Shown here piece after piece: positions 26,815-36,425 of a stretch of 39,931 nucleotides of DNA (its first letter is position 1; each line of letters starts with the position of its first letter). Source of the stretch: Halolamina sp. (GTDB lineage: Archaea > Halobacteriota > Halobacteria > Halobacteriales > Haloferacaceae). Position numbers and translations under genes: made by a program. The notes under the pieces are model-generated. The model did no database searches and was not told the DNA's origin. It was given only the letters and a program-made list of their open reading frames with translations. Where the stretch lies: contig JBDGQC010000001.1 of NCBI GenBank assembly GCA_042219375.1, positions 1,377-41,307 of the forward strand, read 5' to 3'.

Positions 26815-27275
26815 TCGATTCGGAGTTTGCTCTCCTCTTTCACGCTCCGCAGCGCGACTTTCGTCTCGGTGGCCTCCACCCCCTCGTAGGAGCCGAGGTC
26901 CGCCAGCGCGTCGGTCAGTTCCGCGCGGTCTCTGACACGGATTTTCACCAGCAGGTCCGCCTCTCCCGTGACCTCGTGAATCTCCTGTAACTGCGGGTCC
27001 TCGGCCAGCCGCTCGGCCACGGCCGAGAACCGGCCGGGCTCGGTGTGCACGGAGATGAACGCCACCTCGGTCGCGCCCAGTAGGTCGGGATCGAGGACGG
27101 CGCGGTACTCCTTGATGTAGCCGTCCTCCTCCAGTCCGTCGACCCGTTCGTGGATGGTCGCCGTTCCCATATCGAGCCGTCGAGCGATCTCGGAGAGCGC
27201 GGTCCGCCCGTCGGCCTGCAGAATCTTCAGGATGTTTCGGTCGATGTCGTCGAGGTCGCCGACGTGTTCAGTCAC
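26811..27275 (-). CDS. Lrp/AsnC family transcriptional regulator
   Basis: LDDIDRNILKILQADGR...SEIARRL, then RAM domain HEVTGEADLLVK; GTG start. Confidence 0.93.
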   Translation of the reverse strand: MTEHVGDLDDIDRNILKILQADGRTALSEIARRLDMGTATIHERVDGLEEDGYIKEYRAVLDPDLLGATEVAFISVHTEPGRFSAVAERLAEDPQLQEIHEVTGEADLLVKIRVRDRAELTDALADLGSYEGVEATETKVALRSVKEESKLRIE

Positions 27276-27435
27276 GAATACACGGAGTGTTGACGGGCAG
27301 GGTAATAACGGTGGTGGACCCGAGAACTGCGGTTTTGGGTAGCGTTCGGCAGAAAACTATCGGCTTCTGTTCGGTATTCCAAAATTATTTATCCCGCGAC
27401 GGCGACCTGCCACTCAGCGTTTGTGACTTCTACGC

Positions 27436-28434
27436 ATGGAACGCCAACACGACACGACTGACAGAACGGTGGTCGAGCGGCTACGGAGCCACCCCTACGC
27501 CGGGCTGCTGTTCAACGCGTCGCCCGCCGCCCTGTGGCTCGCTATCTTCTTCCTCGTTCCGCTGGCCCTGATGTTCGCCTACAGCTTCGGGGAGCGTGGC
27601 GCGTTCGGCGAGGTGCTGCTGGGGCTGGAGCACCTCGGACTCCAGAACTACCGCACGTTCTTCGTCCCGGACGGGCTCACCCTGCTGGAGACGATATGGG
27701 TCTCGCTGGGTTGGTTCGTCGGCTGGGTCATCCCCGGGCTCCAGGTGACCGAGGCGGCGCCGACGGCGTACGTCCAACTCACGCTGCGGAGCATCTGGTA
27801 CGGCATCGTCGCCACCGTGGTCTGTTTCCTCATCGGCTACCCGACCGCGTACTACATCGCGAAACTCGCCCCGGCTGAGCACCGGAACCTGCTGCTCGCG
27901 CTGGTCGTGCTGCCCTACTGGGCGTCCTATCTGGTCCGTATCTACGCGGTCAAACTGCTGCTGGCGAAAAACGGCATCATCCCCTCGCTTGTGGGGACGC
28001 TGCCGTTCGTCTCGAACCAGCCGTCCCTGCTCTACAACAGCTTCGCGGTGGAGTTCGGACTGGTGTACATCTGGCTGCCGTTCATGATTCTGCCCGCCTA
28101 CGCGAGCATCGAACAGATTGACTTCACGATGCAGGAGGCGGCGATGGACCTCGGCGCCGACCGCCTGGACGCCTTCCTCCGGGTGACGTTCCCGCTCTCG
28201 CTGCCGGGGGTCGTCGCCGGGAGCATCCTCGTGTTCATTCCGAGCGTCGGGGCGTACGTCATCCCCGAACTGCTCGGAGGGCCGAGCAACTCCACCATCG
28301 GGCGGTTCATCGCCGCCCAGTTCGGCGCCGCGGGGAACTGGCCGCTCGGGGCCGCCGCCTCGTTCGTCCTCATGGCCATCATGATGGGGAGCATCTGGAT
28401 CTACCTCAGGCGCGCAGGGGGTGGGCTGGCATGA
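27436..28434 (+). CDS. potB: Polyamine (spermidine/putrescine-type) ABC transporter permease
   Basis: GYPTAY, LPYWASYLVRIYA, LPFMILP, EAAMDLGA, FIPSVGAYVIPELLGG, NWPLGAA. Confidence 0.92.
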   Translation: MERQHDTTDRTVVERLRSHPYAGLLFNASPAALWLAIFFLVPLALMFAYSFGERGAFGEVLLGLEHLGLQNYRTFFVPDGLTLLETIWVSLGWFVGWVIPGLQVTEAAPTAYVQLTLRSIWYGIVATVVCFLIGYPTAYYIAKLAPAEHRNLLLALVVLPYWASYLVRIYAVKLLLAKNGIIPSLVGTLPFVSNQPSLLYNSFAVEFGLVYIWLPFMILPAYASIEQIDFTMQEAAMDLGADRLDAFLRVTFPLSLPGVVAGSILVFIPSVGAYVIPELLGGPSNSTIGRFIAAQFGAAGNWPLGAAASFVLMAIMMGSIWIYLRRAGGGLA

Positions 28435-29270
28435 GCGTCAGCAGCCGGTTCCGGCGCGCCCGGTCGAGCCTGATGGAACGGTTCGGGAGCGCCTTCCTCG
28501 GCGCCGAGGCGGTGCTGGTCTATCTCTTCCTCTACGTCCCGGTGTTCATCCTGGTCGCGTTGTCGTTCAACGACTCCAGATACGCCATCGTCTGGCAGGG
28601 GTTCACGACGGAGTGGTACGCCGACCTGCTCCGCGGGGAGTCCATCGGCCGGGTCGACCCGAACGTGGCGTGGACGGCGCTGCAACACTCCGTCGAAATC
28701 GCCGTCGTCACCGTCTTAGTTAGTGTCGTCTTCGGAACGATGCTGGCGCTGGCGCTGGACCGCTACGAGTTCCCCGGAAAACAGCTGTTCCAGGGCGTGG
28801 TGTACATGCCGCTCATCATCCCGAGCATCGTGATGGGCATCTCGCTGCTCATCTTCTTCAACATGGCCGGCTTCACCCAGGGCATCGGCACGGCCATCAT
28901 CGGCCACATCGCCTTCGACATCAGCTACGTCACGGTCATCGTGCTCGCGCGCCTGCAGAGCTTCGACCGGACGATGGAGGAGGCGGCGATGGACCTCGGC
29001 GCCACGGAGTTCGAGACGTTCCGCTGGGTCACCTTCCCGCTCATCAAACCCGGCATCATCGCCGGCGCGCTGCTGGGGTTCGCCCTCTCGTTCGACGACT
29101 TCGTGGTGACCTTCTTCATCATCGGCAACGAGACCACCCTGCCCATCTTCTTCTTCTCGATGGTCAGACAGGGCATCTCCCCGGGCGTGAACGTGGTGGC
29201 GACCATCATCCTGTTCATCACGCTCGCGCTCATCCTGCTGGCCCAGAAGGTGGAGGGTATCACCTGGTGA
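28431..29270 (+). CDS. potC: Polyamine ABC transporter permease
   Basis: FLYVP, SFN, GFTTEWY, PLIIPSIVMG, EEAAMDLGA, SFDDFVVTFF, TLPI. Confidence 0.93.
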   Translation: MSVSSRFRRARSSLMERFGSAFLGAEAVLVYLFLYVPVFILVALSFNDSRYAIVWQGFTTEWYADLLRGESIGRVDPNVAWTALQHSVEIAVVTVLVSVVFGTMLALALDRYEFPGKQLFQGVVYMPLIIPSIVMGISLLIFFNMAGFTQGIGTAIIGHIAFDISYVTVIVLARLQSFDRTMEEAAMDLGATEFETFRWVTFPLIKPGIIAGALLGFALSFDDFVVTFFIIGNETTLPIFFFSMVRQGISPGVNVVATIILFITLALILLAQKVEGITW

Positions 29271-29417
29271 AGCACTCCCGGATGCCCCGCGACCGTGGCC
29301 TCGACGACCCGTAACCGGTCCCCGGCGTTCGGAAAACCGGGACGCGTGGTGTGACACACGTTACCAGAAACTTTATGTTGTGGTCTACGATACCCGAAAG
29401 GTAGGTGACGAAATACC

Positions 29418-30605
29418 ATGAAAAAGAAAAATCATTCGGGACGTCGGCGGTTTCTGAAACGCACCGGCCTCGCTGGGACGGCTGCACTAACCGGACTGGC
29501 CGGCTGTAGCGGCGGCGGCGGTGGCAGCACGGAGACGGCGTATCCGGGCAACGCCACACGGCGGGAGAACCTGGGTCTGCCGGAACTCGACTACGACATC
29601 GAGGACTCGCTCAACGTCTTCCAGTGGGCGGACTACTGGCCTACCGGAACCGTCGAGAAGTTCGAGGACGCCTACGACGTGTCGGTGAACGTCTCGAACT
29701 ACGCCTCCAACGAAGAGATGTTCAACAAACTGAAAGCCGGGGGCTCCAGCCAGTTCGACGTCATCTTCCCGTCGGACTACATGGTGAGCGTCCTGAGCAG
29801 CCAGGACATGATTCAGCCGCTGAACCTGGACCGCATCCCCCATTGGGACAACCTCGAACAGTACTGGATCGACAACGCGCCCTACGACCCCGGCGAGGAC
29901 CGCTACTCCGCGCCCTACTTCTGGGGCACCTCCGGCGTGGCGTGGAACGAGAACATGTTCGCCGACTCCGTGAAAGAGGAACTCCCCTTCCAGTCGTGGG
30001 AGGTGATGTGGGACGACCGCTTCAGCGGCGACATGACGATGCTCAACGACCAGCGCGAAACCATCGGGGCCGCGCTGAAGTATCTCGGCTACTCGCTCAA
30101 CACGAAAGACGAGAGCAAAATCGAGGAGGCCAAGGAGATTCTCATCGAGCAGAAGAAGCTGCTTGGCACCTACGACTCGGTCAACATGTCCGAGAACCTC
30201 ATCAACGAGAATTTCTCGCCAATCCATAGCTGGTCCGGCGGCGCGTTCTCGGCCTACTGGGAGCTCTACTCGGACGGCTCCTCGCCCATCAACTATCAGG
30301 TTCCCAAGGAGGGAAGCGTCGTCTGGGTCGACACCGCGGCCGTCACGAAGGACGCGAAAAACCCGAACGCGGCCCACGCGTTCATCAACTTCGTGCTCAA
30401 CGCGAAGGTCAACGCCGAAATCGCCAACTACGTCTACTACCCCTCGCCCAACGAGGCCGCCAAGGAGTACATGTTCGAGTCGATGCTGAACAACGAGCGC
30501 ATCTATCCGCCCGAGGAGACGTTCGAGAGCCTGGAGTTCATCAAGAACGTTGGGGACGCCACCCAACTCTACAGCGAGGCGTGGACGGAGATTCAGAACG
30601 CGTAG
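29418..30605 (+). CDS. potD: Polyamine ABC transporter substrate-binding lipoprotein (Tat-exported)
   Basis: Twin-arginine RRRFLK, lipobox LAGC, FQWADY, SNEEMFNKL, PSDYM, PYFWGT, PKEG, WVD. Confidence 0.92.
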   Translation: MKKKNHSGRRRFLKRTGLAGTAALTGLAGCSGGGGGSTETAYPGNATRRENLGLPELDYDIEDSLNVFQWADYWPTGTVEKFEDAYDVSVNVSNYASNEEMFNKLKAGGSSQFDVIFPSDYMVSVLSSQDMIQPLNLDRIPHWDNLEQYWIDNAPYDPGEDRYSAPYFWGTSGVAWNENMFADSVKEELPFQSWEVMWDDRFSGDMTMLNDQRETIGAALKYLGYSLNTKDESKIEEAKEILIEQKKLLGTYDSVNMSENLINENFSPIHSWSGGAFSAYWELYSDGSSPINYQVPKEGSVVWVDTAAVTKDAKNPNAAHAFINFVLNAKVNAEIANYVYYPSPNEAAKEYMFESMLNNERIYPPEETFESLEFIKNVGDATQLYSEAWTEIQNA

Positions 30606-30650
30606 GATGGACGGAAACACATTCGACCGTCCGGCGCCTCCGACCGTAGT

Positions 30651-31787
30651 ATGACCGAGTACGACGTGGAACTCGACGGGGTCACCAAGCGGTTCGAGGA
30701 CGTGACGGCGGTCGATGACGTGCGCTTCGACATCGAGGAGGGGAAGTTCCTCACACTACTGGGCCCCAGCGGCTGCGGGAAGACGACGACGCTCCGCTGT
30801 ATCGCCGGCTTCGAGACGCCGACGGAAGGCGAGGTGCGTATCGACGGCGAGCGGGTCAACGAGGTGCCACCCTTCGAGCGGGAGACGAGCATGGTGTTCC
30901 AGTCCTACGCGCTCTTCCCGCACATGACCGTCCACGAGAACGTCGCCTTCGGTCTCCAGATGAAGGGGATTCCCGGCGAGGAGGCCCACGGCACCAGCAA
31001 CGGCATCACCGGGGCGTTCGCGAACCTCGTGCGCCGCCACGGCAGCGAAGAAATCGACGCCAGGGTCCAGCGAGTGCTCGACCTCGTCGAACTCCCGGGG
31101 ATGGGCGACCGCGATGTGGACGAACTCTCCGGCGGCCAGCAACAGCGGGTTGCGCTCGCACGCGCGCTGGTCACGGAGCCGACGGTGCTGCTGCTCGACG
31201 AGCCACTCGGCGCGCTCGACCTGAAACTGCGGAAGAACATGCAGGTCGAACTCAAGAACCTCCAGGAGGAACTGGGCATCACGTTCGTCTACGTTACCCA
31301 CGACCAGGAGGAGGCCCTGACGATGAGCGACGAGATCGCCGTGATGAACGACGGCCACGTCGAGCAGTTGGGGACCGCGACCGAGATTTACGAGGAACCG
31401 GCCTCGGAGTTCGTCGCGGACTTCATCGGCGAAACCAACCTCATCCGCGGCGAGTACAGCGACAACGGCGACAGCGCGACCGTCACGTCCGGCGACCTCA
31501 CGTTCACCGTTCCCCGAAACCCCGAGGCCAGCGGGGAGGTGGCCTTCGCCGTCCGCCCGGAGAAGATCCGCCTCGGCGACGAGGCCGTCGCCGAGGAGAA
31601 CAGCTTCACCGCCGACGTCATCGACGAGATATACAAGGGCAACATCGGGAAGTTCCTGGTCGCGCTTGAGAACGGCCAGGAACTGACGCTGGACATGCAG
31701 ATTCGCGACCAGGGGCAGTACCTCTCGACCGGTAGCACGGTCGAGGTGGGCTGGTCCGCGGGGAACAGCGTGGTGCTGACGAAGTAA
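30651..31787 (+). CDS. potA: Polyamine ABC transporter ATP-binding protein
   Basis: GPSGCGKTT, FQSYALFPHM, LSGGQQQR, LLLDEP, THDQEEA, C-terminal TOBE-like domain. Confidence 0.94.
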   Translation: MTEYDVELDGVTKRFEDVTAVDDVRFDIEEGKFLTLLGPSGCGKTTTLRCIAGFETPTEGEVRIDGERVNEVPPFERETSMVFQSYALFPHMTVHENVAFGLQMKGIPGEEAHGTSNGITGAFANLVRRHGSEEIDARVQRVLDLVELPGMGDRDVDELSGGQQQRVALARALVTEPTVLLLDEPLGALDLKLRKNMQVELKNLQEELGITFVYVTHDQEEALTMSDEIAVMNDGHVEQLGTATEIYEEPASEFVADFIGETNLIRGEYSDNGDSATVTSGDLTFTVPRNPEASGEVAFAVRPEKIRLGDEAVAEENSFTADVIDEIYKGNIGKFLVALENGQELTLDMQIRDQGQYLSTGSTVEVGWSAGNSVVLTK

Positions 31788-31834
31788 TCTCGGTGTATTC
31801 AGCTTTTCGCCGTAACTATTCGCGAATAACCCCG

Positions 31835-31855
31835 TCCGAAGAGAACGTTTTCGGA
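31835..31855. promoter_or_regulatory. Candidate operator TCCGAA-N9-TTCGGA just upstream of the aor TATA-like element
   Basis: tccgaagagaacgttttcgga; shares GAACGTTTTC[C/G]GA with 25905-25917. Confidence 0.45.
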
Positions 31856-31889
31856 TAGGTTTTTCACGGTACTCGTGTAACCCCTGTCC

Positions 31890-33731
31890 ATGTCACAGGC
31901 TATCGAACCGAGCACCGACGTGAGTGAACTGCGCCACCTGTTGCGGGTGAACCTGACCGAGGGTACCGTCGAAACCGAGGAGGTCCCGGCGGACTACCGT
32001 GACCGCTTCATCTCGGGCAAGGGGCTGGGTGCGGCGCTGCTCCTGGATGAAGTGCCGGCCGGCGTGGACCCGCTCTCCCCGGAGAACACGCTCTATTTCA
32101 CCTTCGGGCCGCTGTCGGGGTTCGCCCCGGGCACTTCCCGCTACGGCGCGGTGACGAAATCGCCGCTGACGGGCACGTTCGTGGATTCGTACTCCGGCGG
32201 CCACTTCCCGGCGATGTTCCGGTTCGCGCTCCCGGAGTATCTCGGCATCGCCGTCGAGGGCGAGGCCGACGACCCGGTCTACCTCGACGTGACCGACGAC
32301 GGCGTCGAACTCAAGGACGCGACCGACCTCTGGGGGATGGACACCAAGGAGACGGCCGCGCAGTTCGACGGGAAGTTCACCAAGACCGCCTGCATCGGCC
32401 CCGCGGGCGAGAACGAGGTGCGTTTCGCGACCATCACCAGCGACGAGGGAACCCACCACGCGGGCCGGGGCGGCGTCGGCGCAGTCATGGGGTCGAAAAA
32501 GCTCAAGGCCGTCGTGGCCACCGCACAGGACCCGCCCAACCCCGACAACATCCGGGGGCTGAAAGCCGAACACACCAAGCGCCTCGGCACCAGCGAGGAC
32601 GTCGCGTGGGCGCGCGACGGCGGGACCCAACTCATCCCGGAGTGGACCCAGGCCATCGGCGCACTCCCCACCCATAACTGGACCAAGGGCACCGTCGAAG
32701 ACGTCGACGACATCTCCATCGACGCCTTCGCCACGGGCCACGTCGGCACGGACTCCTGTTTCGGCTGTCCGGTCGCCTGCGGTCACATCACCGACTTCTC
32801 GGACACCGATATCGACGGCGCGTTCCCCGACGCGCGGGTGGAGTGGGGGCCGGAGTACGAGACGGTCGGGATGGTCGGCGCCAACACCGACATCACCGAC
32901 GTGACCGCCATCACCGAGTTGGCGAACCGCGCTGACACGCTCGGGATGGACACCATCACGCTCGGCAACGTGCTCTCGTTCACGATGGAGTGTATCGAGG
33001 CGGGCGTCGTCGACTACGACCTCGGATGGGGTGACGCTCACGCCGCGGCCGAACTGGTCACCGATATCGCACACCGCGACGGCGAGCTCGCGGACATGCT
33101 CGCCGAAGGCTCCCAGAAGGCCGCTGAGCAACTGGACGACGAGCGAGCCTTGGAGGCGTCGGTGAACGTCAAGGGGATGGAACTCCCCGCCTACGACCCC
33201 CGCGCCTCCTACGGGATGGCGCTGGCCTACGCGACGGCGGACCGTGGCGGCTGTCACCAGCGGGCCTGGCCCATCGGCTCGGACGCTCTGGGCGGCGACC
33301 GCGACCCGTTCGCCTACGAGGAACACGCCGCTGTCGTCGTCGAGGAGCAGGACGAGAACGCGCTCACCTTCTCGGCGGTGGCGTGTGACTTCACCGCCTA
33401 CGACTACGAGAAAGTCTGTGAGTGGCTGAACGAACTGGGCTACGACGTGGACGAAGCGGAGCTGGAAACCGTCGGCGAGCGCGCCTGGAACATGACCCGG
33501 CTGTTCAACGCCCGGGAAGGGTTCGCCCGCGCGGAGGACAGCCTCCCCGAACGGTTCACCACCCCCCTCGAAGACGGCGGTCCGGCGGACGGCAACGCCA
33601 TCTCCGAGGACGGCTTCGACCGGATGCTTGACGAGTACTACCGGCTCCGTGGCTGGACCGACGACGGTGTCCCGACCGAGAAGACGCTGGAACGCCTCGA
33701 CATCGCCGACTGGGCCGAACACGCCGCCTGA
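31890..33731 (+). CDS. aor: Aldehyde:ferredoxin oxidoreductase (tungstopterin family)
   Basis: KSPLTG, IGPAGEN, AGRGGVGAVMGSKKLKA, CFGCPVAC, PEYET, GMDTI, DRGGCH, YYRLRGW. Confidence 0.94.
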   Translation: MSQAIEPSTDVSELRHLLRVNLTEGTVETEEVPADYRDRFISGKGLGAALLLDEVPAGVDPLSPENTLYFTFGPLSGFAPGTSRYGAVTKSPLTGTFVDSYSGGHFPAMFRFALPEYLGIAVEGEADDPVYLDVTDDGVELKDATDLWGMDTKETAAQFDGKFTKTACIGPAGENEVRFATITSDEGTHHAGRGGVGAVMGSKKLKAVVATAQDPPNPDNIRGLKAEHTKRLGTSEDVAWARDGGTQLIPEWTQAIGALPTHNWTKGTVEDVDDISIDAFATGHVGTDSCFGCPVACGHITDFSDTDIDGAFPDARVEWGPEYETVGMVGANTDITDVTAITELANRADTLGMDTITLGNVLSFTMECIEAGVVDYDLGWGDAHAAAELVTDIAHRDGELADMLAEGSQKAAEQLDDERALEASVNVKGMELPAYDPRASYGMALAYATADRGGCHQRAWPIGSDALGGDRDPFAYEEHAAVVVEEQDENALTFSAVACDFTAYDYEKVCEWLNELGYDVDEAELETVGERAWNMTRLFNAREGFARAEDSLPERFTTPLEDGGPADGNAISEDGFDRMLDEYYRLRGWTDDGVPTEKTLERLDIADWAEHAA

Positions 33732-33741
33732 GCCGGCGGTT

Positions 33742-33780
33742 CCGAATTTTTTTCGGCTAACGACCCGGTGTTTCGGAAAC
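33742..33780. promoter_or_regulatory. CCGAA-T5-TTCGG palindrome (possibly also the aor poly-T terminator) plus a TTTCGGAAAC half-site upstream of the ALDH gene
   Basis: ccgaatttttttcgg at 33742-33756 and tttcggaaac at 33771-33780. Confidence 0.4.
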
Positions 33781-33818
33781 TATTTTGTCCCCCACCGTTG
33801 AGACAGAGAGTGTCACAC

Positions 33819-35243
33819 ATGAGGGAACTCTACATCGACGGCGAGTGGGTCGAGGCCGAGTCCGACGAGGGTATCGAGGTCGAATCGCCGGTGAGCGGCG
33901 AGGTCATCGACACCGTGCCGGAGGCCAACGACCGGGACGTGGCCAAGGCCGTCGCCGCCGCCGAGCGCGCACAGCACGAACTCCGGGAGATGACCGCCTT
34001 CGAACGGGCGGCGGTGCTCGACGAGGTGACGGAGTACTTCGAGGAACACGAGGACGAAATCGCCCGCGGCATCACCGAGGAGGAGGGGAAGCCGCTCCAC
34101 GAGTCCTACGACGAGACGGAGTACGTCATCGAGTCCAGCGACGACTACGCTCACGACGGGATTCGGCTGTTCGGCGACGTGGTTCCCTCTGAGTTCCGCG
34201 GGCGCTTCGCCTACACCCAACACGAGCCCTACGGCCCGTGCGCGGTCATCTCGCCGTGGAACTTCCCGCTCGAAGTCCCGGGCGGGTCCATCTACTCAGC
34301 CATCGCGACAGCGAATCCCGTCGTCTTCAAACCGGCGGAGGAGACACCGCTGACGGCCTACCACATCGCGAAGGCGTTCGCCCAGTCCTCGCTGCCCGAC
34401 GGCGCGTTCAACCTCGTCACGGGCGCGGGCGGGACCGGCGCCGACCTCGTGGGCGACGAGCGCATCCGGCTCATCGCCTTCACCGGGTCGACCGCGGTGG
34501 GTCAGGAAATCGCCAAGACCGCCGCCGAGCGCAACGCCCAGTGCCTGCTGGAGATGGGCGGAAAGGACCCGATTCTCGTCCTCGACGACGCCGACGTGGA
34601 ACACGCCGCCGCCTCCATCGTTTCGGGGTCGAACTGGAACGCCGGACAGGTCTGCTGTGGCACCGAGCGGGTCATCGCCACCGCGGGCGTCCACGACGCG
34701 CTGGTCGACGAGGTGGTCAAGCAGACGGAGGACCTCGTCGTCGGCGACCCCTACGAGGAAGGGACGAACGTCGGGCCGATGGTCTCCGAGCGCATCCAGC
34801 AGAAGACCCGTGCGCACGTCGATGCGGCGACCGACGGCGGCGCGACCCTCCAGACTGGCGGGGAGACGGACGGCCTCTACTACCAGCCGGCGGTGCTCTC
34901 GGGCGTGACCGGCGACATGGCTATCGCACGCGAGGAGACGTTCGGTCCCGTCACCCCCATCATCGAGGCCGACGACTACGACGAGGCCATCCGCATCGCC
35001 AACGACTCCAAGTACGGCCTGCAGGCCGCGCTGTTCACCGACTCGCTGGAGCGCGCCCACGACGCCGCCAACCGGCTTCAGGCCGGGGGCGTGTTCATCA
35101 ACGAGACGAACAACTACTGGGAGCGCCTGCTCCCGTTCGGCGGCTACAAGCAGTCCGGCTCCGGCGGCCGCTACGGCTCGAAGTGGCATCTGGAGGCGAT
35201 GACCCAGGTGAAGGCGGTGATGATGAACTACCGGGACTACTAA
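33819..35243 (+). CDS. NAD(P)-dependent aldehyde dehydrogenase
   Basis: ISPWNFP, KPAEETP, FTGSTAVG, LEMGGKDP, NAGQVC, EETFGP, PFGGYKQSG. Start at 33819. Confidence 0.94.
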   Translation: MRELYIDGEWVEAESDEGIEVESPVSGEVIDTVPEANDRDVAKAVAAAERAQHELREMTAFERAAVLDEVTEYFEEHEDEIARGITEEEGKPLHESYDETEYVIESSDDYAHDGIRLFGDVVPSEFRGRFAYTQHEPYGPCAVISPWNFPLEVPGGSIYSAIATANPVVFKPAEETPLTAYHIAKAFAQSSLPDGAFNLVTGAGGTGADLVGDERIRLIAFTGSTAVGQEIAKTAAERNAQCLLEMGGKDPILVLDDADVEHAAASIVSGSNWNAGQVCCGTERVIATAGVHDALVDEVVKQTEDLVVGDPYEEGTNVGPMVSERIQQKTRAHVDAATDGGATLQTGGETDGLYYQPAVLSGVTGDMAIAREETFGPVTPIIEADDYDEAIRIANDSKYGLQAALFTDSLERAHDAANRLQAGGVFINETNNYWERLLPFGGYKQSGSGGRYGSKWHLEAMTQVKAVMMNYRDY

Positions 35244-35317
35244 TCGGGCGCGTCTCGGCGCCGCGCCGGCCTTCCCCCACCGACAGCTCTTACTCACCGA
35301 CCTCCCAACCCCCGCCA

Positions 35318-36373
35318 ATGCGCGCTGCCGTCCTCCGCGAGTACGGCGAACCGCTCGACGTGACCGAGCGCCCGGACCCCGAGGCCACAGCGGACGGCGC
35401 CGTCGTCGCCGTCGAAGCCTGCGGCATCTGCCGCTCGGACTGGCACGCCTGGCAGGGCCACGGCGAATGGGCCGACGACCAGGTGCCGCTGGATTACGTG
35501 CTGGGCCACGAGCCAGCGGGTCGGGTCGTCGAGGTGGGCGACGACGTGGAGCGCTTCGAGGTGGGGGACCGGGTGGTCGTCCCGTTCAGCCTGGGCTGTG
35601 GCGCCTGCCACAACTGCCGGACTGGTCACGGCAACACCTGTACCGACGGGCTGGCGCTGGGGTTCGAACGCGACGTGCCCGGCGCGTTCGCCGAGCAGGT
35701 CGCGGTCCCCAGCGCGGACCACAACCTCCAAGAACTCCCCGAGGGCGTAAGTTTCCGCGACGTTGCAGCGGTCGGCTGCCGATACATGACCGCGTTCCAC
35801 GCGCTCGCCCACCGCGCCGACATCGGCGGTGGCGACTGGGTTGCCGTCCACGGCTGCGGCGGGGTGGGGCTCTCGGCGGTCCAAATCGCCGACGCGCTCG
35901 GGGCGCGGCCCATCGCCGTCGACGTGGATGCCGATGCGCTCGCCAGGGCGGAGGCTGTGGGCGCGTCAGCGACGGTCACCGCCGGCGAGGGCGACGTGGT
36001 GGCGGACATCGACGCAATCACCGACGGCGGGGCCGCCGTCAGCGTCGACGCCCTCGGGCGCGCGGAAACGGCACGGAACTCCGTGCGCTGTCTGCGGGAG
36101 CGCGGGACGCACGTCCAGGTCGGCCTGACCACCGACGCCGAGCGCGGCGAGGTGTCGCTACCGACCGACTGGATGACCCGCTGGGAGATCGACTGGCTCG
36201 GCTCTCGCGGCATGCCGCCCGCCCGATTCGGCGAACTGCTTGCGATGGTCGAGGACGGGAGTCTGGCGCCCGGGAAACTGGTCGGCCGGGAGGTGGCTCT
36301 GGAGGAGGTATCGGACCGCCTGGCGGCGATGACGGAGTACGAAACCGAGGGCGTCGAGGTGCTCACGTTCTGA
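35318..36373 (+). CDS. Zinc-dependent alcohol dehydrogenase (MDR family)
   Basis: Real start is the ATG at 35318 inside a longer track ORF; CGICRSD, GHE, CGACHNC...C, GCGGVG. Confidence 0.93.
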   Translation: MRAAVLREYGEPLDVTERPDPEATADGAVVAVEACGICRSDWHAWQGHGEWADDQVPLDYVLGHEPAGRVVEVGDDVERFEVGDRVVVPFSLGCGACHNCRTGHGNTCTDGLALGFERDVPGAFAEQVAVPSADHNLQELPEGVSFRDVAAVGCRYMTAFHALAHRADIGGGDWVAVHGCGGVGLSAVQIADALGARPIAVDVDADALARAEAVGASATVTAGEGDVVADIDAITDGGAAVSVDALGRAETARNSVRCLRERGTHVQVGLTTDAERGEVSLPTDWMTRWEIDWLGSRGMPPARFGELLAMVEDGSLAPGKLVGREVALEEVSDRLAAMTEYETEGVEVLTF

Positions 36374-36425
36374 GGCCGACCCGGCCGGCGAAACCCATTT
36401 AGCCCGCTTCCCACAACCACCGCGG

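Noticed and set aside
34238-35317. Apparent 711-aa ORF extending the ADH N-terminus
   Set aside because: The Arg-rich extension overlaps ALDH in another frame; the ADH begins at ATG 35318.
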